64,000 nt of DNA from Epiperipatus broadwayi (GCA_028023455.1 JAQFVV010000008.1:18290001-18354000), one strand, 5' to 3'. Shown: positions 38,125-52,786, counted from the stretch's first letter. A program made the numbers and translations. Notes: generated from the sequence alone by a model not told the origin.

Positions 38125-39292
38125 ATTATTTTTATATAACTGTTATTACTAACAATTGAATATAATTGGAAAAATACAAACAAAGTATGCATCTTTCTCA
38201 AAAAAATTTCAACAATTAAATTAGATAATATAGTCCAGCATATAATTATATATATAAAAAGTTTAAATATAATTTTTTGACATATTTTATATACTAAAAC
38301 TGAACATTATTTCCTCCTATTGTTTTCTCTATTATTGCAAAAGTGGTAATTTTTGTTCAAACTTTACATTTAAAAACAATATTTTATAATACTTTATGAC
38401 AATAAATAAATAATAACTTACAGTGATTTAATGTAGTACAATTCTGAAATCATCTACAAATGAAAATACAATTTTAAATTAAAATTTCTAATTGTATGAC
38501 CACTCAAACTTTATTTAGCTTGCTGTATAATAAACCAAAACTCTTAATCTTATTTTGTTAAATATTTTTGGCAACACTAAATTATTTTTTTAATGATAAA
38601 ATATCTTCAATATTAAGATTTTATTTACTAAATTATTAAACACTACTGCAAACAGATAGTATCTAAATTAATTTGAAAATTGAGAAAAGATTGGAAAATA
38701 ATATATATAGTAATAAAAAAACAATAATAAAAGAAATATAGCATGTTTAAAAGAAAGATTATAAAAAACAATACAAACTTGGCACATAGTTAAATGTATT
38801 GTCTTAACTAGACATCAAAAGAATTGAATATATTCACACACACACACATATATATATACATAAAAGAAAATTTTTGAAAGTATTTAAAATATACTACTAT
38901 AAACATAATCATTAAAAAAATAATTTTACTTTTGTTATAGTTTTCACATTTACTATATTCTGTCCTTGTTTCTTTAAAAGCGTAGCTTTTTATAAACTCA
39001 AATCAATCATACTACATTGTATAGACTGAACAAGTTTGGAATCTTTAACCTAGCCCTCAAAAAGTAAGTGAAAACCAGATGTGATATGTTGGACTATTTC
39101 CATCATTTATGAGTGACTGTTGAATGTATAGAAAATTTTAAACTTTATTTAAACTTTCCAAATACAAACAACTTGTTAGTAATAACACACAAATAGACAA
39201 TACAGGTTAGTAATTACACAACATTTCAAGTAGTATTATTTTCTACTCTTCTTCAGATGTTGCTGGCCTATATTCATATATATGTTGCCTTT

Positions 39293-39383
39293 GACAGAAT
39301 AGCTCAGTTGATAGAGCATTTGCCTTAAATTCAATATTCAAGAATCTAAAGGTGTGAGTTCATCTTCTAAGTGAATATTGTCA
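39293..39383 (+). other. tRNA-derived (Pol III promoter-like) segment, not a functional tRNA
   Basis: A-box/D-arm TAGCTCAGTTGATAGAGC, B-box-like GTGAGTTCA, and acceptor-like ends GACAGAA/TATTGTCA. Confidence 0.6.
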
Positions 39384-39402
39384 CTGTGCATATAGGCCAG
39401 CA

Positions 39403-39447
39403 ACACCTGAAGAAGAGTGGAGAATAATACTACTCGAAACATTGTGT
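39403..39447 (+). ncRNA. Minimal hammerhead motif (CpG-decayed)
   Basis: Reads ACAC-CTGAAGA-A-GAGTGG-loop-CTACTC-GAAAC-ATT-GTGT. The mirror arm (39216-39260, minus) has GAAAT-GTT, giving the consensus GAAAC-GUU. Confidence 0.6.
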
Positions 39448-40631
39448 ATTTACTAACCTATATTGTCTATTTGTGTGTTATTACTAACAAGTTGTTTGTA
39501 TTTGGAAAGTTTAAATAAAAGTTTAAAATTTTCTATACATTCAACATTCACTCATAAATTATGGAAATAGTCCAACATATCATATCTTATAATATACCAT
39601 CATTACAAACCTTCAGACAAATACTAAGTGAAAACCAGTTTTGATAAATAGGTTAACCTAACAAACTGTAGCAGCAGGAAGTTGAAGTTTCATTACAAAA
39701 ATGAAAATATAGTAAAATGAATCAGGGTAAATGATGAAATCAGATTTGCAAACCAACAATTGAACATTAATTCTTCCACATCATCGTGTAAATACCTCAT
39801 CATGGATATGATAAAGGAAATTTCTTAATCATTTTCATCCAATATTAAACTTTAATGAATTATACACATTGTCAATGCATGTAAGTGGAGTTTCATATTC
39901 CCTATGTAATGTAATATGATTCGATGCAAAATGACTTCTATCTTGAATAAAGCCAAAAATGTCTATGTATAGAAAACAATGTATAGAAGCATTGTCTGTT
40001 GCATTAAGCATTTCCAAATTTATATTCCCAGCTCATTTTTAATAACCTTGTCTTTATATGTAACTTTAAAAACCATGTATTACTCTCACAGTTGCAATTG
40101 TCCAAATTGGCTTCCTCTATAAGAACTAAAGTCATAGGTAAAAGCAGAATCCATTTTTATCAGTATAGCAACTAGATGATACTGTTGTAAAATTTTACAC
40201 ATTTAAATATGATTTAAAATGACTACATTCCAAATATAAATATATAATATTTCATACTATAAACATCTCAAATATTATATATACATATATGATAAAATGA
40301 GTTAAACCTATTATTTTAATTATAAATTATATAAATAAATATTTAATTACAGCTAGTGTACATCATATTTCCAATAATAAGTTATAGCTTAATATTTACT
40401 TATATAAGCAATAAATGGATTTAAAAAAACATTCAGTATAAGTAAATTATATAAGTAACAAGACTGTACCTGGCCTATGGAAAAAGTCATTTTTGTAATA
40501 GTTTTTTTTTTAATTGGTTGCTTTAAAAAATTTCAATCATGCATAGTATTACTGTGGAACTGCAAGGTACATGATATCAAACTACATGACCTCAATTATA
40601 TGCTAGCTAAAATTAAATGTAAATAGAATAC

Positions 40632-41351
40632 TGCTGTGTCCACAGCTGTAGCTGAGCGATCGCAAATCTAAATACTTAATTTTAAAATAAGTACAACCAA
40701 CTAATTTACATTAAATCTTTATTGGTACATAGTAAATCACAACAAAACAACAGTTATGGGTAATTGATTAACATATATATAAAACATAGTCTGATTGCAT
40801 TACAATTCAAACCCCCCTCTCAGACTACAGTAATACAAATAAAGCACAGTATCTTGACTGGGTGACAAAAATAAACCCTCAGAAAAGCCGCTTAAGGTGT
40901 TTAAAAATTATATTAAGACCAGTGCGGTCTGCTTCTACACTAGTCAGCTGGATTCACCTACAGGCATAGAACCTGGGATCACAGTCCAAAAAGGAGTAGC
41001 ACTTAGGAATAGCTGCAGGAAAAAGATATCAATATTTATTTTTCCTGCTCTTTTATACTTTCTTGTTTGAAGTCCCACTCTCGTCTCTTTTTTTCTGGAG
41101 TATTAATACATTTTTTTCCATGTGTGCAAAACGGATTCATTTGGCTATTAATTCTTTTGATAATCTGATCTGTTAAACAAAGCATCTGTAATTACTTTAT
41201 TTAGTTAATACAGTTTGATCTAATTACTCTTTATTTCACTTTACTTACTTTGAATTCTATATACATTTATCTCCCCATTTATATCTCTACTAAATATTTA
41301 TTACTTAAATGTATGCCTTTACTGGCTCTATTTACATATATATATATAACA
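40632..41351 (-). repeat. 3' LTR of Gypsy element 2
   Basis: Direct repeat of 45243-45962, roughly 7-8% divergent by eye. Confidence 0.93.
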
Positions 41352-41656
41352 TCTCCCCTTACTCCAGAAAAGATTGTTGTGTAATGGCACTATATATAGT
41401 CTTTTAGTTTGTAGGGTCTCCGTGTTTTCTGTTTTGGTCTGGCTGTATTACTTTGTGTTTCATCTGGCTTTGAGTTCGATGCTGTATCATTTTCACTATT
41501 CGTTCGTATTGCCTCTGTCTCCATTGGTTGCTGATCCAGCAATAACTCACTTGGAATGTCAGGTAATGTTTGTACCTCCTCTACAACCCGCTGATGGACA
41601 TGGTTTATATGTCTTCTATAGGTAGTGGCATCCTGTAGCTGAATGATTACTATTTA

Positions 41657-44600
41657 CTAAGATAACAGTTTCATAATTATCCCCTCTACCCATTTCTTTT
41701 GTAACATATCCTGGACCCAAACTTTATCCCCGATTACAAACATTTTTACATTTTTGTCACTGCCATTGTTTTTGACAGGATCTGGTAGTAGTAAGGCTAA
41801 TTTAATGCACAGTTTCCTGCCCATTAACAGTTCTGTGGGTGATTTCCTGGTGGCCATTGATGGCACTGCGTGTTTCCACAGCATCGCGTTATTAATTGCT
41901 TGTTGAAAATCTCTATTATTTGATTTCTTTAACACTTTTTTGATTATTTGGACTGCCTTCTCTGCTAAACCATTTGACTCTGGGTGGTATGGTGGTGTAC
42001 GTATGTGTCTGATGCCATTATCATAAAATAGCTTTCTATCTCCCTAGTGATGAACGCAGATCCGCTATTTTCCAGTAAACCATGACATGAAAACATAGCA
42101 TTTAAAGTTTTAACTGTTTTCTAGCAGTTAAATCTTTTACAACTCGGCACTCTAACCACTTTGATAATGCATCTATAACCACAAGCAAGAGTTTCCATTT
42201 ACCAGTCCAGCATGGTCTATGTGGACCCTTTGCCATGCTTACATGGCTGCTGACCATGAATTGTATACCTTAGCTCTCATATTCATTTCTGTTTGACATG
42301 ACAAACATTTTTTGATATTTTGCTCTATGTTGGCGGTTATTTTTGGCCACCAGACATAGCTGCAAGCCAGTGCTTTAGCTTGCACAACTCCAGGGTGGCC
42401 ATCGTGAAGTAAGTTCAATATTTGCTGTCGGTCTTCCATTGGTATCATGACCTGATCGCTCATTAATATGTATCCTTTACATATAGATAGTTTATTATGG
42501 TTTGCCCAGAACTCTGGGTCACATACTGAGGCCTTGAAGATGGCCATCCATTTTTTATCCATCCCATAAGTAACTGATAGCCTTGATTGGAGCTCATCCA
42601 ATTGGCTATGCATTTTCTATTCAATACTTCTGAGTTTAGGGTGTCAATATAATTTATTTCCATCTCCATCATTAATTGTTGTTGTTTGTCTGGCATTCTT
42701 GATAATGCATCAGCGTGCGCGATCTCTTTGCCTTTTTTATATTCTAATACGTAATCATATGCTGACATCATATTCCTCCAGCGCATCATGCATGGGCTTA
42801 AATTCAGGAGCTAAACGATTGTGGCCCAAAATACCAGTAGTGGCTTGTGGTCTGTAATTATATGAAAATTCCTTCCAAACAGGAATTGATGGAATTTTTT
42901 AAGACGGAACATTATAGCCAAAGCCTTCTTATCAATTTGGCTATAATTTTTCTCTGATTTTGAGAGTTCTTGATACGTAAGCAATAGGGCATTTCACCTT
43001 GTGACATGGGTGAGATAGCACTGCCCCCACTCTGATGCATCTGTTGTTAGGTGTATTTCTATACTGTTATTATAATGGACTAATAGTTTCTCCGATGACA
43101 ATAACATTTTTTTCTGACAGAACACTTTTTCATGAATTCTAGACCAATGCCACTTTCTGATCTTTTTTTAATAGTTTATATAATGGCTTAGCTATGTGGG
43201 CTTTACCTTCCTAGAAAGGCTCGAAAAAGTTTATGAGACCTAAGAAAGCCTGTAATTATTTAATATTAGTAGGTGTGATGCATTTTTCACTGCCTTTACT
43301 TTCTCCGGGGATGGTGTCTTTCCTTTGTCAGAAATTAAATGGCCTAGAAACATTAATTCTTTTGACATCCATACACTCTTGCAGATATTTAATTTAACCC
43401 CAGATCTATTTAGTTTTTTGCATATGATAAATAGTCTGTTGCGCAACATTGCTTTGACTTAGCCGTGATAAGTATATCATTGTAATAGGGAATGGCTCCT
43501 TCTAAACCCTGTAGCAAAACATTGATCCTTGCCTGAAATATATTTGGGGTTGTGGATATGCCAAAAGGAAAATGGTTGCACCTAAATAGATCCATATGGG
43601 TCATTAAAGCCAAGATTTCCGCTGATTTTTCGGTGACCTGAATCTGGTGGAAAGTGGGATTAAGGTCTAGTTTTGCAAAATAGGAAGCATTTTGCAGACC
43701 AGCCAAAACTTCCTTTACATTTGGGACAGGGTAAGCTCACCTGTTTAAAAATTTATTTATCATTATTCAGTAATCTCCACATAATCTAATTTCCCCATCA
43801 GGCTTGGTTATTGCCACTACAGGCATGGCCCAATCAGATGTTTCAATGGGTGTCAACACTCCTTTATCCACCAATAACTTAAGCTTGTCTTCAACTTTTA
43901 ACTTTTTACGCAAATGGAATTTTACGTGGTTTACAAACAACCGGTCACGCATTTTCTGATAATTCTATTTCTACTGGTTTTGATGCGATCAATCCCAGTT
44001 TTTCATTGAACAGATCTGGATATTTATTAACTAGTTCATCTTCCAAAGAGATTTTCTTTATATTAATTTGTATCCTGATCTCATGAAACCATTCCTTCCC
44101 TATAATGGTGCCAATTTTACCATTAATAATATATAGGAGTAGATTCACTTTTTTGCCATTGTATTTAATTGGTGCTTTAACTTGATCAATTATTTTAAGC
44201 GCATTACCATTTATGTCTCTCACTTTAATATGTTTTCTCTAAAACAATGTTCGCCTTATTGTATAATTTTTTCCAATTTGTCCGTGAAATTATGAAAATT
44301 GCCGATCTGCTATCAATTTCCATTTCTATTTCTTTACGATAAATTTTAAGTTTAATAACAAACTGGCATATACTTTTAATGTTTAGATTTTTAATCATGT
44401 GGGTGGTTGTAAGTTTTTCTCACCTATCATGAGGCATGTATGCTTGTTCTTTTATTTTTTCCTTGTCGTCTTGTTTACAGACATGCAACAAATGGCCTTT
44501 TTTGCCATATTTAAAACATGCTTCTTTCTGCCGTTTGTATTCTCTTGAAATATGGCCTGTTTTCCCACAACAGAAACAGATTATGTTCATGTTAGTAGTA

Positions 44601-44965
44601 TTTGTTTTTCTTGGGCTTAGGCTTCCTCTGTATGTTTTAAACGCTCCAATTTTTGTAGTTTCATCCAATTTTAATCTAAAAGCTTAAGCTTCCTCCAATA
44701 TCAGCTCATACGCTATGCTCTTTTTGATGGCCATTTTGTAAGTTAACTCAATTTCTACTAGCAATTGCTGTCTGAGCCTATCATCAGCCATGTCCCAAAG
44801 TAGCTGGTCCATTAAGATTTCATCAATGAAATCACCGTAGTCATAATCATTAGCCAATTCTCTTAAAGCTAGATTGTATTCATTAATTTTCTCACAGCTA
44901 AATTGTTTCCTATTTCGGAGTGTTAATCTAGCTATGTGGCGAGAGGGACGGGCTAAACTTATCAT
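41657..44965 (-). pseudogene. Fragmented gag-pol of Gypsy element 2
   Basis: CFCCGKTGHISRE and CFKYGKKGHLLHVC (Gag), IRLCGDY and PFGISTTPNIFQ...PYYNDILI (RT), YKKGKEIAHADALSR (RNase H end), LLHDGHPGVVQAKALACSYVWWP (integrase) and FVIGDKVWV. Confidence 0.9.
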
Positions 44966-45242
44966 TTAACTTCTTGATCACTTCCTTGTACTCGACCTTC
45001 TTAGGCATAGGAACTTCAAAATTTTTATGAATAACACTCAATTACTCTATTACTCTTTTCCTGCCATAACATATTAGGGCCATTATTTTTCTCTTATCAT
45101 CAATCGCGTTCAAGGTAAAGAAAATTTCAATCTGTGTTTTATATAATGGCCATTTGGATGCATTGCTGGTGTCGAATTCACCTATGCTGTTCTGCCCTAA
45201 CATCGACATAATTTCAGGTTGTTTTAAGACTGCCCACTTCTT

Positions 45243-45962
45243 TGCTGTGTCCTCAGCTGTAGCTGAGCGATTGCAAATCTAAATACTTAATTTTAAAATA
45301 AGAACAACCAACTAATTTACATTAGATCTTTATTGGTACATAGTAAATCACAGCAAAACAACAGTTATGGGTAATTGATTAACATATATATAAAACATAG
45401 TCTGATTGCATTACAATTCAAATCCCCTCTCAATCTACAGTAATACAAATAAAATACAGTACCTTAACTGAGTGATGAAAATAAACCCTCGGGAAAGCCG
45501 CTTAGGGTGTTTAAAAATTATATTAAGACTCAGTGCGGTCTGCTTCTACACTAGTCAGCCGGATTCACCTACAGGCGCCAAGAACCTGGGATCACAGTTC
45601 AAAAAGGACAGCACTTAGGAATAGCCGCAGGAAAAAGACGTCAATATTTATTTTTCCTGCTCTTTTATACTCCCATGTTTGAAGTCCCATTTTCATCTCT
45701 TCTTTTCTGGAGTATTAATGCATTTTTTTCCATGTGTGCAAAATAGATTCATTTGGCTATTAATTCTTTTGATAATTCGACCTGTTAAACAATGCATCTG
45801 TAATTACTTTATTTAGTTAGTACAGTTTGATCTAATTACTCTTTATTTCACTTTACTTACTTTGAACCCTATATACATTTACCCCCCCCCCCCATTTATA
45901 TCTACTAAATATTTAGTAGTTAAGTGTGTGCCTTTACTGGCTCTATTTATATATATATAACA
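45243..45962 (-). repeat. 5' LTR of Gypsy element 2
   Basis: TG...CA termini. Weak PBS-like TGGGCAGTC at 45228-45236. Confidence 0.93.
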
Positions 45963-46432
45963 AATACCACAGCATCTATTTTTCCCCTCACTAAAGATAA
46001 CATTTCAAACATTAAGTTATATACTGTAATCACATTTTCTTAGCAATTTAAATACTACACCTATTCAGTTCTGTACTATAGTTAAAAGCACATGTACTGT
46101 TTTTTTTTCTGAGCATTTTTTTCTTCAAAAAGTTTTATTCCAATATCATATTTTTTAAAAATCCACAAATGTACTAAGCCTATGGAAAGACTATTGTTTT
46201 TGTAATATTTTTTTTTTAATTGCTTACTTTAACAAATTATTTCCTTTGCATAAAATTCTCCATTAAAAAATTATGATTTATTAATGGCAGAACAGATTTT
46301 TTTTTCTTGAAAAATATGCCCTCTAACAAAAAAATGTTTAACTTGAATATCACATGAAGTATTATGGACAAACATACATTCACATGGATTTTATATATAT
46401 AGATATTAAATATTTTATAGGATTAACAATAG

Positions 46433-46511
46433 ACATCCCATGATCACCATTTCTAATGCTTTCATTATTCTAGCTTGCAGTGAGTGGCAATACGTATAGT
46501 GAGTTTTGCCT
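46433..46511 (-). mobile_element. 455-bp-monomer family, minimal copy E (tail plus short inverted piece)
   Basis: CATGATCACCATTTC tail and GAGTGGCAATAC...GAGTTTTGCCTG arm. Candidate 13-bp TSD GGATTAA(C/T)AATAG at 46420-46432 and 46512-46524. Confidence 0.6.
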
Positions 46512-49500
46512 GGATTAATAATAGCTTTGTTATAAAACATTTAATATTATATTTGATATTATATAATATATAAAACTATCTAATGCTACATCAATAAATA
46601 AAAAAAAACAGAAATAGCAAAATTAAATTCAACAAAAATTATCCTGGACATTTGTTCTTATAGCAAAATTATGGTCATGTGCATTTATTATTAAATTTTA
46701 TTAGTATTTTATTTTACTTTGATACTATATATCTGGGGGTATTATAACTGGAATAAATCTTTTTTTTAAAAAATCTAGCAAAATCTATCTACTTTTTAAA
46801 ATTCTATTTGAGTACTATTAAGTTATACTTCTATATAAATTACTAAAAAAAATACTTTACATTTTTATAAATACTATTTACAAAATTATGTACTGAAAAA
46901 AGATATGATAAAGAATTAATTTATTAGATAGAAAATAGATCACAAACACATACTTAAAAAAACAGATAAAAGAAACTTTACAGAAAAAAAAAATGTTTAA
47001 TTATAAAAGCAACTATGAAATTTCAAGTATCTACAAAAGTTCAAATCTTTAGATCCGACTAGTTCTAACTGACAAACTTTATTATAAACTGTATTGGAAT
47101 TAAAAACTAAAAAAGAATCATGGTATTAGTTATATCAAAGATAATACCAGTTACCAAATTTATTGCATTCTTGAAGCACCTAGTTCAAATATCACAAACA
47201 GTAAAAAGATTATGCATAATTCTTAGAGAATAGAACGATTTTAAAATATTGAAAGAAAATGTTTATATATGTTGTTTAAATGTATTATTCAAAAATTGCA
47301 ATAATCCAATATTGTATTAAATTTTCATTAAAGATGCCAAAATGAGCTTAATATTAAACATTTTTATTTTCTTTAAAAATTACATTGAGTTCAATCTTCA
47401 TTTCAGTATTAATTGTGGTAATTATAAACCTTAATTTGAATAGTAAGTTGCTTTTCAGGATGAAATTTTGAGCATTTTTTAATTAAAAAAAGCATTAATA
47501 GTTCTCTTCCATAAATATTCTTTAGTTTCATTTATCTAATTTCTACATTATCTCACTAATAACTCAAGTTCTATGTTGTGGGTATAACTATTAGTAGAAG
47601 ATGTACAATTGTGTACTCATATTATTAACTAAGATAAACAGGAAATAATTGATTAAAAATCGAATTAGGTGTGAATATTTTATATGAAGATTTAAATTTT
47701 ATTAATATTTATTATATCTCTTATAATGATATTAATTATCCTATGTTTTTATTGAAGTTGAATAAAAATAGTTATAATCAAGATTTACATTTCTAGATTT
47801 TGATTAATAGGCTTTACAAATAATGAAATCTCAAAGAATTTAGATTCAGTCACTTAGCAAAGAATTTATACAAGTAATAAAGATGAGAGATTAAAACTAA
47901 ATTTCCAAAATAATGATATCATCCCCTAGCTAATTTACTTTCATTTGCTGTAAACATTAATGATGGCTCAAAATTTAATAAGTCCTGGATTGGTGGAAAA
48001 AAAGTTATATGACCTCTCAAATAATAGACCATACAATATATTGCTGGTATATAAAAAATATATAATCAAAATTACCCCAAATTCACAAATCAACCAGACT
48101 AGCCAAAAAATAAACTCTAAAGCACAACCAATGGTTTCATTGCTACAAGCAGACTTCTCAAGTGTAAAGAACCATAAAATAACAACATATTTATACAAAT
48201 ATATAAAAAATAAATCAAAAACCTTTACACTATATCAGCAACACTACTTTAAATGCAAAAAATTACATAAATATAGACAATTTACTTAAAATAAATATTG
48301 AAAAATAGTATTAAAATTAAATGTTTGCTTTTGGATGTAATCTAATATTATTACAAGATTTTCAAAATAAACTGCTTTTAGTTTTTGAATTTCTGACATA
48401 TTAAAAGTTTGTTAAAAAAAAAAAGAAATCCCTCAGATGATAAAGTTAATAATGTAAATTAAAAAAACACTAATATTAATGGAAACCTTTGAAATAGTTC
48501 CTTATAAAAGATTTTATATTAGAATATACATAAACTGATATTAAATTTAAATTACTATTCAGTAATAATTACATAAAATATAAAATTTATTGATTCACTT
48601 ATAGAAGAATGCTTTCAGCTGTTACAAAAGCACCATCAATATTAGCATAAATACTTTCCTAAAGATGGAGTTTCAACTGAATCTATTTCTTGTGAGGTAT
48701 TTAGCGTGCTAAATGCTGTGAACTACATTTCTATATTATTTTCCTAATGGAAAAAGAATTTGACATACATATATATATATAACGGACATTATTATGAAAA
48801 TATTTTTTTTTTTTGTATTTTTTTTTTTTGTTGAAAGCAATTAACAAAAAAACATACTTATTATTAATGAGTACTAAAAAAAATTTTGTAATCAGAAGGA
48901 AACCTGCTTGGAATAGCTTATCCAATCTGAAGTGTTTTAGTTAACTCTCAATTGCAACTATATATGTGAATTTTAGGGTTTACAAATAATGATTATGAAC
49001 ATGTTGACTGAAGATAAGAACAAAATTCTGATTCATTTAATTTGCAATGAAAAAATTTTCAATTTAAGGTAGCTAACATTATCTATTTTGAAATATCTAT
49101 TGAGATATAAACCAGTAAAGGCTTGCTTTATAAACAGTTGCAACCTCTTTACATTCAAGTTTAGAGTTATCTATTTTAAACACAAGTAATGGGAACCACA
49201 CTGGAGCCAGTCAAATCCCCAAATTTATTTTTAGCTATTGAATTTTGTCAGTGAGGAGCAGTGACATGCACCTTCACAGTCAGAAGTTAATTAGTCACTT
49301 ACACTATCCAAGCTAATGGCTTAAAATTGCATAAACCCACACCAATTTTTTCATAATCTGTATAGGTCAGACACTCATCAACTATATATATTTTAATGGT
49401 CTCAATTTCATGCTAACTGCAGACATCTGATTCTTTTGAGGGAAAAAAGATGGTCTTAGGATCAGGTATCCATTTAGCACACAAATTATAAATAGAAGTG

Positions 49501-52500
49501 TTTCTATAGTAATGGCAGAATGTATTACTTAATGCATATGTGCTGGAAATCATATGCTTTATTCAATCATTCTCAAACAATAGAGTTAACAAACCAAAAA
49601 GATTCAGTACTAAACAAAAGATGAAAAGTTATGTTAGTAGAAAGAATAAGCCCAAAATTTCAGAAACAGTTTCTAATTGAGAAAGAGAAACAACAATGGG
49701 GGGGAGGGGTGTTATCTGATTGAATGAATGGAAATGTTAAGTTTTTGCTATTTTGGTATTTGAATATCACTTGACTTTAAGAGTAACCGATGATGTGGTA
49801 TAGGATTGAAAAAAAAAAAAAAAGTCATCTAAAATGATGCCAGAAATCAAGAGGAAAATTATTAAATTGCTTCCTCAGAAATACAATTTTTCATACAATT
49901 TCAAAAGTGATAAACTAATCTTATAGGATTGAACAAACTATTATTTTACAAGATGTGATATTCAAAATATAGACACATAAATATGAAACTGCTGGATTAT
50001 TAATCTGTGTTCATTAGTCAATTGGTTTGTTTCAAAATAATTATATTAAAATTGTTAATTATGAAAAGTAATCGTTTGATTTTAATAAGTGTATTATTAA
50101 TTATTAATGTTTTTTGGATATTTGAGACAAGCCATAACTTAGCACCACATCTATCTTTTTCAGGGCCTTGATAGTAGGATAATATCAGAATGACTAAATA
50201 GCAAGAAACTGATTGTAGGAATTTCTTATTATTTTTGTGACTTTTTTTTAGTATTAGACATTGCACTGCAAAGTGAACTGGATTAGAAACTCAGAATGAT
50301 TTACTATCAAAGCCTATTGGTTTTTGATGACTGCTAATTCATTGATTATCTCTTGCTTAGGCTATAGAAGTCTAATAAATCTGATAAAATTTGATATATT
50401 TCTATTTGAATATTAGATAAATTAACATTCATATAGATCTCATTTAAATATAACTTCTAATCATAATGAGGAATAGATTTCACTTGATCAATTAATTCTG
50501 CACATGGTGATATTCTATCATGTTCTAAGATATCCAAAAAATTAAGCATATTCTTGTGAGCAGACTTCTTTTCATAAAGTTATGTAGAAATTCTATCTTG
50601 AGATGGTCAAGATGTTTATGATCAATTCATAATGATTTGTCCAAAATATTTATAATTGTTAATTTCCAATTGATATTAACAATATTTTCTTTTTGAAAAC
50701 TGATCAAAAATTAACTTTAACCCTTTATTATTTATCTATAGTCCTTTTTTTTTTATTTTAATAACTTTTAAACAATTTTCTTTCTATGTATATGAAAACA
50801 ATCACCTCATCTACAAAATCAAGATGGTTTAAGTAATTTCCATTTATTTTACCCCTTTTACAATATAATTTACAAAATATTTCTACAAAACTTATTAGGA
50901 AGATAAACTATTTCATTGCAAGCACTTTCTAATATTAATCTACTTAGTGATATTAAGCTATGCATTGACTTTAGTTGAATTGATAATTTAGCAATAATCT
51001 GTCTCTACATTATATGTTCCATAATTTTAATTTTATAGAATTAAATTCCTTTGAAAATATGCAAATGGCAATTAAAACTCATTAGCCTATTTATAATTCC
51101 TCATAGTATTTGGATATGATTTATTGGGCTACAACCATTTTGAATATAACTAATAATTCTTGGTGGCTAGAATCTCAAATGTTGTAGATGATTTCTAATG
51201 ATCTGAAGTAAATAAACTTTATGTAACTGATAGGTTTATAATTCCTAATATATACTTTTTCACATTTTTTAAAATACATATAGTGTGGTAAAATTCTTCC
51301 ATTCATCTAATATATCATTATCATTTTGACATTTTACCAACAATTTCATTACTCCAACATCTGCTTCTTCTAAAATAACTATTATGGTTTCCAACTTTTT
51401 GTTGTATATTTTTTGCTGTTGTTGTTTGTAAATTTAATAACAGGTCTCATTTTTTTCTTTAAAATATGCATCATATCAGCTCATGGTGTTGTAAAAGAAA
51501 CTTTTGTTTTCCTGATTGCTATCAATATAAAATTCTTTTTACATTTCTTTCTCACAGTTTACAGTATCATATTCATTTTTAATAATCATGCCATCTTTTT
51601 TTACTTATTTCTCAAATAATTTTCCTTCCAATATAATATTTTATCATTTACATTCATTTCCATGGAAAAAATAAAAACATCATTAATATATAAAATCAAT
51701 GCATTAAAGTTTTATTTAATGGACTTCAAATGTAAGAAGTAATATAAATGCAACAGATAATTACATGTCATTAATAGAATTTTTCATAATTTATTATATT
51801 TTATATCCATGATTCTTTTAATCTTTTGAATAGATTTCTTTGTGATTTCATAATTATGCTTCTTACAGTCAACTTTATACATCCTATACTATCCCACATA
51901 TTCAACTCTTTTAAATGGGTCATTTTTGATTATTTTTATAATCTTTTTTTTTTTTTTTTTTGCCATCAGTATAGCTAGATTTAATAAAATGTTATTTTCT
52001 TATTGATTTCATTCAAGTCTCAGCTATCTACATATTTAATAATTTAAAATGATTTACAAGTTCTAGCTTATTAAAGTGTTTAGTTGCATATTAAATATAT
52101 TTATCTGATAAGTAGGTAATTACTGATTATCCTTTTTCTCTGACTTCAATAGATGATAGTGAAACAATGTGAAGAGAAGTGATTTTGGAAACACAGGAGC
52201 AAACTAGAAAGTGAATTTATATCAAATGATTTCTTGTTTTATATCAACAAAAATCTGAAGTGTGATAATTTATTTCATATAGCCATATTAATTATATTCA
52301 AGCAATAATAAAAACTATTATCCACCATTAATAATATTTTTTATTGTGACAACTATTAATTCATTTATAGTGTATAATAAATGGCAGAAAATTTTTAAAT
52401 AAATTAAAATAGTATAGAAGAATCTGGAAAAACTCACTTATAAAACAAGTTTTACAATGCATATATATATATAATTTAATATAAAATCATTCATTCAATA

Positions 52501-52786
52501 TAAATTGACATATAACATATTTATTTATTTTTACACGACATACTAAAATTCCAAATGACCTTTTAACTTTTAATTGCCATTGACAAAATATATTTCAAGA
52601 TAACAATCCTAAGAAAAGATATTTCTTTATTTTTTTAATATACCAGTATATATTTGAATTTTTTATCTCATATTTTAAATTTATAGATGGCTTTTAGCAT
52701 TAGGATTAAACATGGACAAACTACATGGAGTTTTCTCTTTTCCATTTCCAATATTACCTTGTTAGAATATAATATACCATATACAC

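Larger units (their letters stand above)
39079..39624 (+). mobile_element. Foldback element with a tRNA-like loop and a hammerhead in the arms
   Basis: Arms at 39078-39273 and 39390-39586, 38-bp tail. 14-bp TSD TAAGTGAAAACCAG at 39065-39078 and 39625-39638. Confidence 0.8.
40632..45962 (-). mobile_element. Ty3/Gypsy LTR retrotransposon 2 (full length, frameshifted)
   Basis: 720-bp LTRs and 5-bp TSD AATAC at 40627-40631 and 45963-45967. PPT GGAGTAAGGGGAGA at 41352-41365. Gag with two CCHC knuckle remnants, followed by protease, RT, RNase H and integrase. Confidence 0.93.

Noticed and set aside
38411-38465. 32-nt exon-like segment (TTTGTAG|ATGATT...CACT|GTAAGT) on the minus strand
   Set aside because: The frame needed to join exon 37562 contains a stop, and its ATG is out of frame. 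It could only be UTR, or chance.
47960-51619. Short AT-rich ORFs (47960, 47968, 48731, 50018, 51413) and similar 60-110 aa ORFs elsewhere
   Set aside because: Composition is rich in I/K/F/L/N as expected from random AT-rich DNA, with no motifs or splice support.
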